Shown here piece by piece: positions 28,740 through 38,212 of a DNA stretch of 64,000 bases (within the stretch, counting starts at the first letter, position 1; each line of letters starts with the position of its first letter). Source of the DNA: a virus; the IMG/VR virus record IMGVR_UViG_3300043420_001819, positions 1 to 64,000 of that record; one strand, given 5' to 3'. The position numbers were made by a program, and so were the translations under genes. The notes under the pieces are model-generated. The model did no database searches, was not told the DNA's origin, and saw nothing but the letters and a program-made list of their open reading frames with translations.

Positions 28740-29255
28740 TTACACTGGTTTGCTATTAGCCAGTGCTACTGTCTTTTCTTTTGAACCAGCACTTGAACCA
28801 AAAAAGAAATTCATAATTTGTAGTACACCAGCAGATAACATTCCTAGTAGATACATAGCAGGTTGCATCATAGTTTCTAGAACTGTTCCACCACTAAACA
28901 CTTTAAATAAGATAACTGAAAATGCTGTTATAAATATGCTAGATAGTATTACCTGTGGGAGTAAAGTAGTTTTTATGGCTAGGTTTCTTGCAGAATCTCT
29001 GTCTGCTACGTGAATTTTTTCCAAATCAACTTCAGCAGATTTCATAGCTTTTTTAAATTCTAGGTCTGCTTCTTTAATTTTTAGAAGTATAGACGGGTCA
29101 TTAGAAGCAATTACATTACTAACGGCATCTTCTGTTGATTCAACTCCAAGAGCTTTTGCAAGTGTTGTTACTGCCATACCAGCTAATGGCCCACCAAGTG
29201 CTGTAGCAATTCCTGGTGCTACAGTTCCTACCACACTTTTCCAATCAAAACTCAT
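28740..29255 (-). CDS. holin (3TM type)
   Basis: AP.IATALGGP, DRDSAR, two C-terminal TM segments and FFFGSS.GS. Confidence 0.8.
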   Translation of the reverse strand: MSFDWKSVVGTVAPGIATALGGPLAGMAVTTLAKALGVESTEDAVSNVIASNDPSILLKIKEADLEFKKAMKSAEVDLEKIHVADRDSARNLAIKTTLLPQVILSSIFITAFSVILFKVFSGGTVLETMMQPAMYLLGMLSAGVLQIMNFFFGSSAGSKEKTVALANSKPV

Positions 29256-29285
29256 ATTAATTCTCCTAACACTTTTTAGTACTTA

Positions 29286-29609
29286 CTAGTTTTTTGTTTT
29301 GTAAACCTGCTCTATGAAGTTTAAAATCTTTCCCTGACCCACTTCCAAACTATCAAATCTTCCATCGATATGTTTTTCAAATTGTCTGAATAATTCTTTA
29401 GATACATACTTTTCATCAACATCTTTAGATGTCATTGCTAATTCTGATTTAGTGTTTAGTTTAACAATGTCATCACCATGTGAATCAAGTCTTTTAAAAA
29501 TTACTTCTTGATTTCTTTTTAGTTCACCAACCATATACTTCATTAACGCAAATGAAGCTACAACCCCTGATGATGCTGTAAATACTGTTAATAACCACGA
29601 TTCAACCAT
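29286..29609 (-). CDS. membrane-anchored coiled-coil protein of the lysis region
   Basis: N-terminal hydrophobic segment; first gene after a late-promoter motif. Confidence 0.6.
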   Translation of the reverse strand: MVESWLLTVFTASSGVVASFALMKYMVGELKRNQEVIFKRLDSHGDDIVKLNTKSELAMTSKDVDEKYVSKELFRQFEKHIDGRFDSLEVGQGKILNFIEQVYKTKN

Positions 29610-29639
29610 TATACTTTCCTAAGTTTTATTTTCTAAACT

Positions 29640-29649
29640 TATAATCGTA
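29640..29649 (-). promoter_or_regulatory. putative late promoter TACGATTATA
   Basis: Intergenic, 31 nt before the 29609 start; recurs before other late genes. Confidence 0.7.
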
Positions 29650-29673
29650 TGTTGTTAGTTGATATGAGCGTTG

Positions 29674-29952
29674 CTAAGTGACCAGCTCACTTTTTACAAA
29701 CTCGTCTACAGGTGGAATCTTTCCTGCGTGTGTAATATTCCCCCAAAAAAACGGATTAGTACTTTCTCCTATCCCTACAATTGGTATTTTTGGGTCATTC
29801 GTTGCTACTACATTCGCAACTGCTTCTTCCGTTGCTTCAACACCAAGTGCTTTTGCTAATGTTGAAACTGCCATACCTGCTAAAGGACCGCCTAATGCGG
29901 TCGCAATACCAGGTGCTACTGTACCTACTACACTTTTCCAATCAAATAACAT
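29674..29952 (-). pseudogene. truncated, chimeric second holin copy
   Basis: First ~54 aa nearly identical to the 28740..29255 product, then unrelated sequence; lacks the C-terminal TM segments. Confidence 0.7.
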
Positions 29953-30011
29953 CTATTTTCCTTTACATTTATTATTTATTACATTGCTTCGGGTAATGGT
30001 ACTTTTCTATT

Positions 30012-31160
30012 TTATACTTCTAAATCTAAAATATGATTTTGTTCAGGTGTTTCATAGATATACGCTGCACCCGCATAAGCACCATTACTAGCGTCACCAT
30101 CATTATCTTCTTCAGGTGAACCAATAACAATTCTTCCTGAACCTATTGATATTGATGCACCATATATTAATGCACCATATCCAGACACTGAATTTAATGT
30201 TGTTAATAGATTTCCATCTAGGTCATATACATAAACAGATGAAATTCCATCACCTAATAATAATCTACCATCACCAACAGCAACACTACCTGTGGATAGA
30301 CTGGTGCTTGGTTTTTTTAGATTTCCATTTAAATCAAATATTGTAAACGTATTAAAACCACAAACTACAATTCTTCCTTGTCCAACTACCACTTGGTTAC
30401 CGAAGTTATTATTATTTTGAAGAATATTATTATATTTTTTAGTGATTAAATTTCCATTTAAGTCATAAATATATATTGCTCCACAATTTGTATAACCTTC
30501 TGAAATATTGTCAGATTGATATGCACCAATAACAATCCTTCCTGAACCTACTGCCACTGAATTACCATAATAACTATTATATGCTCCATCATAAGCAGTT
30601 AATTTAGTGATTAGATTACCGTCTAAATCATATACATAAGCAGAACCTGAATCAGTACCTTTATCATTATCATTCTGTGCCCCAATGACAATTCTACCGT
30701 TACCCACTGAAACTGAATAACCATAGTAATCAAAAACATCCCTATCATAAGCAGTTAATTTGGTTAATAAATTTCCATCTAGGTCATATACATAAACAGA
30801 ACCTGCAGAATCATCATCTTGATATGATCCAACAACTATTCTACCTGAACCAACTGCTACTGAAGCACCATAAAAATCATAATATGCTCCATCATACGGT
30901 ATTAATTTAGCAATTAAATTTCCATCTAGGTCATATACATAAGCAGAACCTGACCAAAGTCCATCAGAATAGTCAAAGAATGCTCCAACCACAATTCTAC
31001 CTGAACCAACTGCTATGGAAGAACCATAAAAAAAATCACCTCCAGCATCATACGCTACAATTCTATTTTCATTACTCGGTAAAGTAGTCGCATCATAAGC
31101 AGTTTGACCTATAAATTGTTTATCACCTTCTATATAAGATTTCGGTGTTATTAATGCCAT
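30012..31160 (-). CDS. FG-GAP repeat 7-bladed beta-propeller protein C
   Basis: Seven YG.SV.VG.GRIV.G..GSAYVYDLDGNL units; blades 5-7 are divergent. Confidence 0.85.
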   Translation of the reverse strand: MALITPKSYIEGDKQFIGQTAYDATTLPSNENRIVAYDAGGDFFYGSSIAVGSGRIVVGAFFDYSDGLWSGSAYVYDLDGNLIAKLIPYDGAYYDFYGASVAVGSGRIVVGSYQDDDSAGSVYVYDLDGNLLTKLTAYDRDVFDYYGYSVSVGNGRIVIGAQNDNDKGTDSGSAYVYDLDGNLITKLTAYDGAYNSYYGNSVAVGSGRIVIGAYQSDNISEGYTNCGAIYIYDLNGNLITKKYNNILQNNNNFGNQVVVGQGRIVVCGFNTFTIFDLNGNLKKPSTSLSTGSVAVGDGRLLLGDGISSVYVYDLDGNLLTTLNSVSGYGALIYGASISIGSGRIVIGSPEEDNDGDASNGAYAGAAYIYETPEQNHILDLEV

Positions 31161-31161
31161 A

Positions 31162-31758
31162 TTAAACTCCTACAGAATCAATTAAATCCCAAGTGGTATT
31201 ATCCTCAAAATCAATTCCATTTAAAGCACTTCTACTCTTCTGATACTGTCCAAGTAAAACACCATAAGCATCATCATAAGATGCTACATTTTCCATTACT
31301 TTTGTTACTAATTCTTCTATTGTAATACCACGACCTTCTGCAATTTTAGTTAATAAAGGTGTATCAATTGTATTATCATTTGTAAAATCAATTGCTTCTT
31401 TTCTTTGTATTGCCCAAGATTTAACTTCGTCTTCCAAATAATCACTTTGAAGTTGTTTAACAGAACCTTCAAATTTATCTTTGATTTGTCTTGTTTTTAC
31501 CTTCACCATATCTTTAAGAACTTTTAAAGCATCTTCATCAGAAGTAAATCTTTCTTTCACTTCAAAATTAGCAATGTAAGAACCATCAATATTATCTACC
31601 GTAGTAAAAGTCGCAATTTGTCTCCAAGTTACTGTCGGTCTATTCGATATTGTATCAACCTCAACCGCATCTTCAGGAATTTCTTGGTTTAGTCTATCAT
31701 CAAATCTATAAGGAAAATTTAAAACATTTCCCTCTGTATCTATTTGTGCATATGTCAT
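31162..31758 (-). CDS. tail fibre assembly/chaperone-like protein
   Basis: E..SW..Q..EA..TPLL..IA..RGI...EL..KV motif. Confidence 0.7.
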   Translation of the reverse strand: MTYAQIDTEGNVLNFPYRFDDRLNQEIPEDAVEVDTISNRPTVTWRQIATFTTVDNIDGSYIANFEVKERFTSDEDALKVLKDMVKVKTRQIKDKFEGSVKQLQSDYLEDEVKSWAIQRKEAIDFTNDNTIDTPLLTKIAEGRGITIEELVTKVMENVASYDDAYGVLLGQYQKSRSALNGIDFEDNTTWDLIDSVGV

Positions 31759-31778
31759 ATATTATCCTTTTTTATTAT

Positions 31779-32978
31779 TTATTTACAAATAATTCTTTCA
31801 AAATGTGTATCGTAAGTTTCAGGTAATTCGTAGATGTATGCTGACCCTGAATTAGAACCTAAATCATCATCACTATATACCCCAATAACAATTCTACCTG
31901 AACCAACTGAAGCTGAACCACCATAATAATCATTAAGTGCTCCATCATAAGCAGTTAGTTTAGTTATTAGATTTCCATCTAGGTCATAAACATATGTTGA
32001 CCCTGAATTAGAACCTAAATCATCATCTTGATATGCTCCAATAACAATTCTGCCTGAACCTACTGATACTAAAAACCCATACCGATCATCATCTGCTCCA
32101 TCAAAAGCAGTTAGTTTAGTGATTAAATTACCATCTAAATCATAAACATAAGCAGAACCTGAATCTGTACCTTTATCATCATCACGCCATGCTCCAATAA
32201 CAATTCTACCTGAACCAACTGCTACTGAAGCACCATAATAATCATCAACTGCTCCATCATAAGCAGTTAATTTGGTAATTAGATTGCCATCAAGGTCATA
32301 TACATATGCTGACCCTGAATTAGAACCTAAATCATCATCTAGATATGACCCAATAACAATTCTACCTGACCCTACTGCTACTGAATAACCATAATAATCA
32401 GCAGATGCTCCATCAAAAGCAGTTAATTTAGTTATTAGATTACCATCTAAGTCATAAACGTATGCTGAACCTGAATCAAAACCTTTATCGTCATCATAAT
32501 ATGATCCAATAACAATTCTACCTGAACCCACTGCTACTGAACGACCATAATAATCAGAAGCTGCCCTATCATAAGCAGTTAATTTAGTTATTAGATTACC
32601 ATCAAGGTCATAAACATATGCTGAACCTAAATAATTATCATCACGATATGCTCCAATTACAATTCTATTTGAACCCACTGCTACTGAACGACCATGATAA
32701 TCATAACCAGCTCCATCATAAGCAGTTAGTTTAGTGATTAAATTACCATCAAGGTCATATACATATACTGAACCTTTAAAACCATCATCTCCGTATGCTC
32801 CAATAACAATTCTACCTGACCCTACTGCTACTGAATAACCATAATAATCAGAAGCAGCTCCATCATAAGCAGTTAATTTAGTCACACTTCCAAGAATATC
32901 CGTAACTTCATCAAAACTACTATGTAACAACCCACCATCATTGATTATTTTAAAACCACTTGAATCTATAAATGCCAT
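31779..32978 (-). CDS. FG-GAP repeat 7-bladed beta-propeller protein B
   Basis: Seven near-perfect ~49-53 aa repeats; start taken at 32978 from the TAATG coupling. Confidence 0.85.
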   Translation of the reverse strand: MAFIDSSGFKIINDGGLLHSSFDEVTDILGSVTKLTAYDGAASDYYGYSVAVGSGRIVIGAYGDDGFKGSVYVYDLDGNLITKLTAYDGAGYDYHGRSVAVGSNRIVIGAYRDDNYLGSAYVYDLDGNLITKLTAYDRAASDYYGRSVAVGSGRIVIGSYYDDDKGFDSGSAYVYDLDGNLITKLTAFDGASADYYGYSVAVGSGRIVIGSYLDDDLGSNSGSAYVYDLDGNLITKLTAYDGAVDDYYGASVAVGSGRIVIGAWRDDDKGTDSGSAYVYDLDGNLITKLTAFDGADDDRYGFLVSVGSGRIVIGAYQDDDLGSNSGSTYVYDLDGNLITKLTAYDGALNDYYGGSASVGSGRIVIGVYSDDDLGSNSGSAYIYELPETYDTHFERIICK

Positions 32979-34180
32979 TAATGTCTCTCCCAATCTTGTA
33001 AATCATACGGTGTTATACATGCTGAAGGTGTTTCGTAGACGTATGCCGAACCTCTATTATTATCTTGATATGCTCCAATAACAATTCTACCTGAACCAAC
33101 TGAAACTGAACGACCATATTGGTCATTAGCTGCTCCATCTGTACCAGCAGTTAATTTGGTTATTAAATTACCATCAAGGTCATAAACATATACTGAACCT
33201 GAATTATCACCATCATCATCATCTTGAATTGCTCCAATAACTATTCTACCTGAACCCACTGAAACTGAATAACCATAATTATCACTAGCTGCCCCATCTG
33301 TACCAGCAGTTAGTTTAGTTATTAGATTTCCATCTAGGTCATAAACATAAGCAGAACCTGAATCAGTATTACCATTGTCATCATCTCCATATGCTCCAAT
33401 AACAATTCTACCTGAACCTACTGATACTGAAGTACCATAAAAATCATAAGCTCCTCCATCATAGGCAGTTAGTTTAGTGATTAGATTTCCATCTAAGTCA
33501 TAAACATAAGCAGAACCTGAAGCATCACCATTATCACCATCATAAGATGACCCAATAACAATTCTACCTGAACCTACTGATACTGAAGTACCATAAGCAT
33601 CATTTTCTGCTCCATCATAAGCAGTTAGTTTGGTTATTAAATTACCATCTAAATCATAAACATATGCTGAACCTTTAGCAATTTCATCACTATATGCTCC
33701 AATTATAATTCTACCTGACCCCACAGAAACTGAATTACCATAAGTATCATATTCTGCTGCATCAAAAGCAGTTAGTTTAGTTATTAGATTACCATCTAAA
33801 TCATAAACATAAGCAGAACCTTGATAAGGAATTCCATCATCATCATAATATGCTCCAATAACTATTCTACCTGAACCAACTGATACTGAATTGCCATACC
33901 TATCAAGAGTGTCCCTATCATAAGCAGTTAGTTTAGTGATTAAATTACCATCCAAGTCATATACATATGCTGAACCTCTACTAATATCATCTGTATATGA
34001 CCCAATAACAATTCTACCTGAACCCACTGAACCTGAATTACCATATCTATCAGCATTTGCTCCATCATAAGCAGTTAGTTTATTCACATTACTAGGTAAA
34101 GTAGTTATCTCTCCACTTCCATACAAATAAGGAATACCATCAATAGTAGTTACTGCTTTGCCTTTACTCATAAACGACAT
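32978..34180 (-). CDS. FG-GAP repeat 7-bladed beta-propeller protein A
   Basis: Seven near-perfect repeats. Confidence 0.85.
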   Translation of the reverse strand: MSFMSKGKAVTTIDGIPYLYGSGEITTLPSNVNKLTAYDGANADRYGNSGSVGSGRIVIGSYTDDISRGSAYVYDLDGNLITKLTAYDRDTLDRYGNSVSVGSGRIVIGAYYDDDGIPYQGSAYVYDLDGNLITKLTAFDAAEYDTYGNSVSVGSGRIIIGAYSDEIAKGSAYVYDLDGNLITKLTAYDGAENDAYGTSVSVGSGRIVIGSSYDGDNGDASGSAYVYDLDGNLITKLTAYDGGAYDFYGTSVSVGSGRIVIGAYGDDDNGNTDSGSAYVYDLDGNLITKLTAGTDGAASDNYGYSVSVGSGRIVIGAIQDDDDGDNSGSVYVYDLDGNLITKLTAGTDGAANDQYGRSVSVGSGRIVIGAYQDNNRGSAYVYETPSACITPYDLQDWERH

Positions 34181-34189
34181 AATAACTCC

Positions 34190-34573
34190 TTATTGAATTT
34201 CTTCTAAAGAAAATTTGAACTTTTTCCCATTTTTATTGTTAATGATGTAAAGATTTTCTTCACCCTCTTGAATAGTCCAATCACCTTTAGTACCGTCAAT
34301 ATCATTGCCTTGTTCTTTATAATCGTTACTAAGATGTAAGTCTCCAGTATAGATGTTTTGCCAAACATAAGTTGGAGACCCAATATCGTATGTATCAGTA
34401 GTAGAAGGAATAATATCTTGAGCAACAGCAGATAAATCCACACCACCAGCACCGCCTGAAGACACTACCCAAGATGACCCATTCCAAGCATATGTTATAT
34501 TGTTAGCGGTATATGTATATGAACCATCTATAGGTGTATTTTCATCTGTTGGTAGGAAATTTAAAGCTGCCAT
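34190..34573 (-). CDS. tail-fibre-related protein
   Basis: YDIGS..WQNIYTGDLHLSN..GN.IDGT.G.WTIQEG..L motif of phage fibre termini. Confidence 0.7.
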   Translation of the reverse strand: MAALNFLPTDENTPIDGSYTYTANNITYAWNGSSWVVSSGGAGGVDLSAVAQDIIPSTTDTYDIGSPTYVWQNIYTGDLHLSNDYKEQGNDIDGTKGDWTIQEGEENLYIINNKNGKKFKFSLEEIQ

Positions 34574-34574
34574 T

Positions 34575-35018
34575 TTATATTACCTCTTCTTCTATTATTT
34601 GATTTGGATTTACTGGAAATACTACATTATAAGGAAATCCTTCTTGTTGTGGAACATCCCTTAATGCTTGTCTATAAGCTCTTAAAGCACTTGCATCTTG
34701 TCTATTATCTTCTGCTCTATTTATAAGTATATCAGCTTCATCGATGAGATAATCTCTTTCTGTCCGTACTTTATTTGCTTCTTTGTATTCCATTTGTCTA
34801 TTATAGTTTTCTGTATCATCTATAATATTCCATTGTCCATCTTGCCAAGTTATATACTCATATACTTCACAAGTTGGTTTATCTTCTACTTCTACATAAC
34901 CAGCATCTAAGATTTCTTCAGCAGTAAATGTAGTTTTATCTGTTCTTGTTGTACCATCAGAAAGTCTAATTCTATTTGGTAATTCTTTTGGGTATCTACC
35001 TTTATAACTATATAACAT
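34575..35018 (-). CDS. tail fibre assembly chaperone
   Basis: VR.ERD.L..YRQALRDVPQQ.GFP..V.FP. Confidence 0.75.
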   Translation of the reverse strand: MLYSYKGRYPKELPNRIRLSDGTTRTDKTTFTAEEILDAGYVEVEDKPTCEVYEYITWQDGQWNIIDDTENYNRQMEYKEANKVRTERDYLIDEADILINRAEDNRQDASALRAYRQALRDVPQQEGFPYNVVFPVNPNQIIEEEVI

Positions 35019-35027
35019 TTTTATTCC

Positions 35028-35624
35028 TTATTCATAATTTAACGTTAGTATATACCTAACTGCATAATCTCCAGATACTCCACTACCATTTGGTCTTATT
35101 TGCAAATTAGCAGATGTATCAGATGAAGTCATATATTGAAGTACATTACCATTAAAAACCTGAGTAAAAGTACCAAACGAGCTCGTACCAGTTTGATTAT
35201 TAAATAAAACATTACCGTTAAATTTAACCTCTATGTGCTCATACCTCATAAATAGAAATGTCGAATCCTTTAGTGCTCCTGCTGCTGATGCTACCAACGT
35301 AGCAGAGACAATCGTAGCACCAGTTGGTATATTAAAATCTAAAGTATATGATGCAGTTGTTGTTCCTGTTGTGTTTACTGTATAGTCCAACACTACACTT
35401 CCTGGCTGGATACTATTAACCCATTCACCCTTTTTATGAAATTCAGTTGTGCTTCTCAGATTCCAAATTCCAGGTGATGTTGTATAATCAAAGTCTTTTA
35501 CAGTTGGTTCTTCAGTTTCATATTCTGGAAATCTTTCATACACTTTATCGGCTATTTCTGTTCTACGAAGTTCTTCTTTAACCCGTTCAAAGTTTATTTT
35601 TCTATATGAACCATATCTACTCAT
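35028..35624 (-). CDS. putative fibre-associated protein
   Basis: GIW.L motif shared with the neighbour; beta-rich C-terminal domain. Confidence 0.55.
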   Translation of the reverse strand: MSRYGSYRKINFERVKEELRRTEIADKVYERFPEYETEEPTVKDFDYTTSPGIWNLRSTTEFHKKGEWVNSIQPGSVVLDYTVNTTGTTTASYTLDFNIPTGATIVSATLVASAAGALKDSTFLFMRYEHIEVKFNGNVLFNNQTGTSSFGTFTQVFNGNVLQYMTSSDTSANLQIRPNGSGVSGDYAVRYILTLNYE

Positions 35625-35633
35625 TGTTTATCC

Positions 35634-37265
35634 TTATGATACTTCAATAATAACACCAAATATCGGCTCGTCAGCAATACCTGTCCAAGTGAATGTATTA
35701 GTATTTAAAGGAGTGCTTGTAGTTGTAGCATAAGATAATGTACCACCTCCAGAACCAGGAGTTGTGCCAAAAGCTAATGTATTCTGGTTATCATTAAAAT
35801 CTGTTGGATAACTACTTATACTAACAAAATCATCATCAACATAAGCAACAGCAATAAATATTTTATTACCACTTGAAGGTGTTACAGACGGAAGTGTAAT
35901 ACTACTTGCTAACAAAGTTAAATCTGTTGTAGCATATCCTGTTGCTTGTGTTGCATTTCTGATTATAGTGTTTAAAAATATTCCATTTGTTGTATCACTA
36001 GGGTTTACACTTATGGTGCCAGATGATATATCAGATTCTGTTAATATTTTATAGTAAGCAACATTCGTCCAATTACCGTCACCAATATAAGATGTTCCAT
36101 AAACATCTGTAAATCCAGTTGGTGCAGGAAAGGTACTTGTATTACCGTCTGCAGAATGTTGTATTATAAGTAAATCCCCAGCGACAGCATTAGCATTTAT
36201 ATTAATACTTGTTGAAGAAGCTACTGATTCAATAGATACAATGGTAGGTTTAACTATTTCAATACTATCAATAACACTTGATAATTTCCAAATGCCTGAG
36301 TTTTTATAGTTTCCGTATATTGTTGTTTCAGCTGTTGTGTCACCTAAACCATCAGCAGTGTTTGTGGATGGGAATGCTCTATTACCACCGTAGATAATAC
36401 GAACAGCACCACCAGCACCAGGACCATTTTCATTTGTGTTTTCAGCACCACCACCTCCACCACCGTAGTTACCACCGGTGGAAGGGTTTGAAGTTGAACC
36501 AGTGGATGCTGAACCAGCAGACCCCCCTGAACCTCCTCCACCAGGGCCACCGTTTGCTCCGTTATAAGAACCACCTGAACCTGATGAACCTTCACCTTGA
36601 AGACCTACACCACCACCAGCACCAGCGGCATCAGCACTTCCACCGGCACCACCACCTCCACCACCACCACCGGAACCCGATGAGCCTGATGTATTGATTG
36701 GAGCACCATTACCACCATTACCTGAATAACCACCAGCACCACCACCACCAGTAGCATCAGTTGTACTGTTACTGTTTAATGCGTTTCCACCATTACCACC
36801 ACCGTCACCTACATATGAACCTCCTGCTCTTGTAGATGTAGATCTAGTGACACCACCAGTTCCACCAAAACCAGCAACTGTAGACGTATCTATGAAATAT
36901 GAATTTCCTCCATTAGGTGCGGAGAGACCAGTAGTTGTTGAGTTTAGAACAGCACCACCTGAACCTACAACAACTGTATAAGAGTTTCCCGGTACAACTG
37001 GAATATTATTTTTCCATCCGAGACCACCCCCGGCACCACCGTTACCACCGGAACCATTTGATGATGTACTACCACCACCTCCACCAACTGCAACAACGCA
37101 TACTGAATAACAATTGGCAGGTGCGGTCCATGAGTAAGTGCCAGGTGTAGTATATTGTACTTCACCTCTTGCTACTGTACCTATACCAATATAAGAATAC
37201 TGCTCTGTACTGGCAAAATCCATTGTTTGACCAATAATACCGCCATTATCAAAAACTGATTGCAT
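35634..37265 (-). CDS. glycine-rich tail fibre/adhesin protein
   Basis: YTTPGTYSW..VCVVAVGGGG..GA.GAVRII glycine-rich domain. Confidence 0.75.
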   Translation of the reverse strand: MQSVFDNGGIIGQTMDFASTEQYSYIGIGTVARGEVQYTTPGTYSWTAPANCYSVCVVAVGGGGGSTSSNGSGGNGGAGGGLGWKNNIPVVPGNSYTVVVGSGGAVLNSTTTGLSAPNGGNSYFIDTSTVAGFGGTGGVTRSTSTRAGGSYVGDGGGNGGNALNSNSTTDATGGGGAGGYSGNGGNGAPINTSGSSGSGGGGGGGGAGGSADAAGAGGGVGLQGEGSSGSGGSYNGANGGPGGGGSGGSAGSASTGSTSNPSTGGNYGGGGGGAENTNENGPGAGGAVRIIYGGNRAFPSTNTADGLGDTTAETTIYGNYKNSGIWKLSSVIDSIEIVKPTIVSIESVASSTSININANAVAGDLLIIQHSADGNTSTFPAPTGFTDVYGTSYIGDGNWTNVAYYKILTESDISSGTISVNPSDTTNGIFLNTIIRNATQATGYATTDLTLLASSITLPSVTPSSGNKIFIAVAYVDDDFVSISSYPTDFNDNQNTLAFGTTPGSGGGTLSYATTTSTPLNTNTFTWTGIADEPIFGVIIEVS

Positions 37266-37273
37266 AAATTACC

Positions 37274-37636
37274 TTATGAAATTTCTTCGTATGATACAAC
37301 TGCTTCTAAGTCACCATTTGCACTTGCAAGAACTCTAATACTATCATTCTCTTCAAGATATACAGAAGTATCTTTACTAATAACAACCAATGAAGCATCT
37401 GCTGGAACAGTAACTGTACTTGCAAGTCTTAATTGTGTTGATTGGTTTTTGTAAATTTCTACAGATACATCACACGTACTTGTACCATCAACATTTGCTA
37501 TAATTAATGAATTAACTTTAATAATTTTTCCTGAACCTGAAGTATTTGTTAGTAATGCTGTATTTGTAGTAGTAACAGCTTGTCCTGTTACTTTACCTAA
37601 AATGTTAGTTACATTTACTATATTTGGATTTGCCAT
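37274..37636 (-). CDS. conserved phage virion protein (MANPNIVNV type)
   Basis: IANVDG..VPADASL..YLEE.D..SYEEI pattern. Confidence 0.7.
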   Translation of the reverse strand: MANPNIVNVTNILGKVTGQAVTTTNTALLTNTSGSGKIIKVNSLIIANVDGTSTCDVSVEIYKNQSTQLRLASTVTVPADASLVVISKDTSVYLEENDSIRVLASANGDLEAVVSYEEIS

Positions 37637-37752
37637 TTATTATCCTTACCAGTCTTTTGTTTTATTTATATATTTATCTACTACTGTCATTATACCATTT
37701 TCATCCTGAACTTCTTCTGTTTTTTTGGTAATAATGTTGCCATTTATTCTTC

Positions 37753-38157
37753 TTATCCGAATACCATAGCCATTGCAATAGCTTTCCCTGTAGTTACAGG
37801 TGTAGCCCACTCTGTATCATAATCTGTTTCACTTGCTTTTGCAAGAACTTGACCTGTTGTTCCCCCAGCAGGTACACCAACACCATCAATTCCATCAATT
37901 CCATCTGCACCGTCTATACCGTCTGTACCATCAACCCCATTAATAGCAACAAAAGCATCAACCCACTGAGAAGTATCACCATCATTATAATAAACTTTTA
38001 ATTTACCTTCTTCACTATTCCACCATAAATCTCCTGCGGATGCAGAAGTTGGAGGGGTTGTATCAATTGTTACGGAAGCGCCGCCTGTAGCAGCAGTAGT
38101 TTGTATTGTGTTATCGGGAAATTTTATCCCGTGCTTTACCTTAAATTCGTTTGCCAT
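37753..38157 (-). CDS. short fibre protein with collagen-like Gly-X-Asp repeats
   Basis: GDLWW, GVDGTDGIDGADGIDG, GGTTGQVL.K and C-terminal GKAIAMAMVFG. Confidence 0.7.
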   Translation of the reverse strand: MANEFKVKHGIKFPDNTIQTTAATGGASVTIDTTPPTSASAGDLWWNSEEGKLKVYYNDGDTSQWVDAFVAINGVDGTDGIDGADGIDGIDGVGVPAGGTTGQVLAKASETDYDTEWATPVTTGKAIAMAMVFG

Positions 38158-38183
38158 GTCGTTTCACTCTCCACGATTAAAAT

Positions 38184-38204
38184 GTGAGGGAAGAAGTCCC
38201 TCGC
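38184..38204 (-). terminator. hairpin / weak intrinsic terminator
   Basis: GCGAGGGA-CTTCT-TCCCTCAC followed by ATTTT. Confidence 0.5.
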
Positions 38205-38212
38205 TGTATTAT

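Noticed and set aside
30012-34180. Diversity-generating retroelement behind the FG-GAP variability
   Set aside because: There is no reverse transcriptase and no non-coding template repeat in the window. The differences include indels and are not restricted to adenine positions.
30012-34180. CRISPR-like array (constant and variable alternation)
   Set aside because: The repeats are in-frame protein repeats with synonymous variation, and no cas genes are present.
34319-34326. Extra ACGATWAT matches inside genes (also near 27997, 43034, 49499 and 54047)
   Set aside because: They are explained by codons (for example Asn-Asp-Tyr/Asn) and are not ~30 nt from a start codon.
36434-36697. His-rich ORF on the plus strand
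   Set aside because: It is the antisense reading of GGT glycine codons in the glycine-rich fibre gene.
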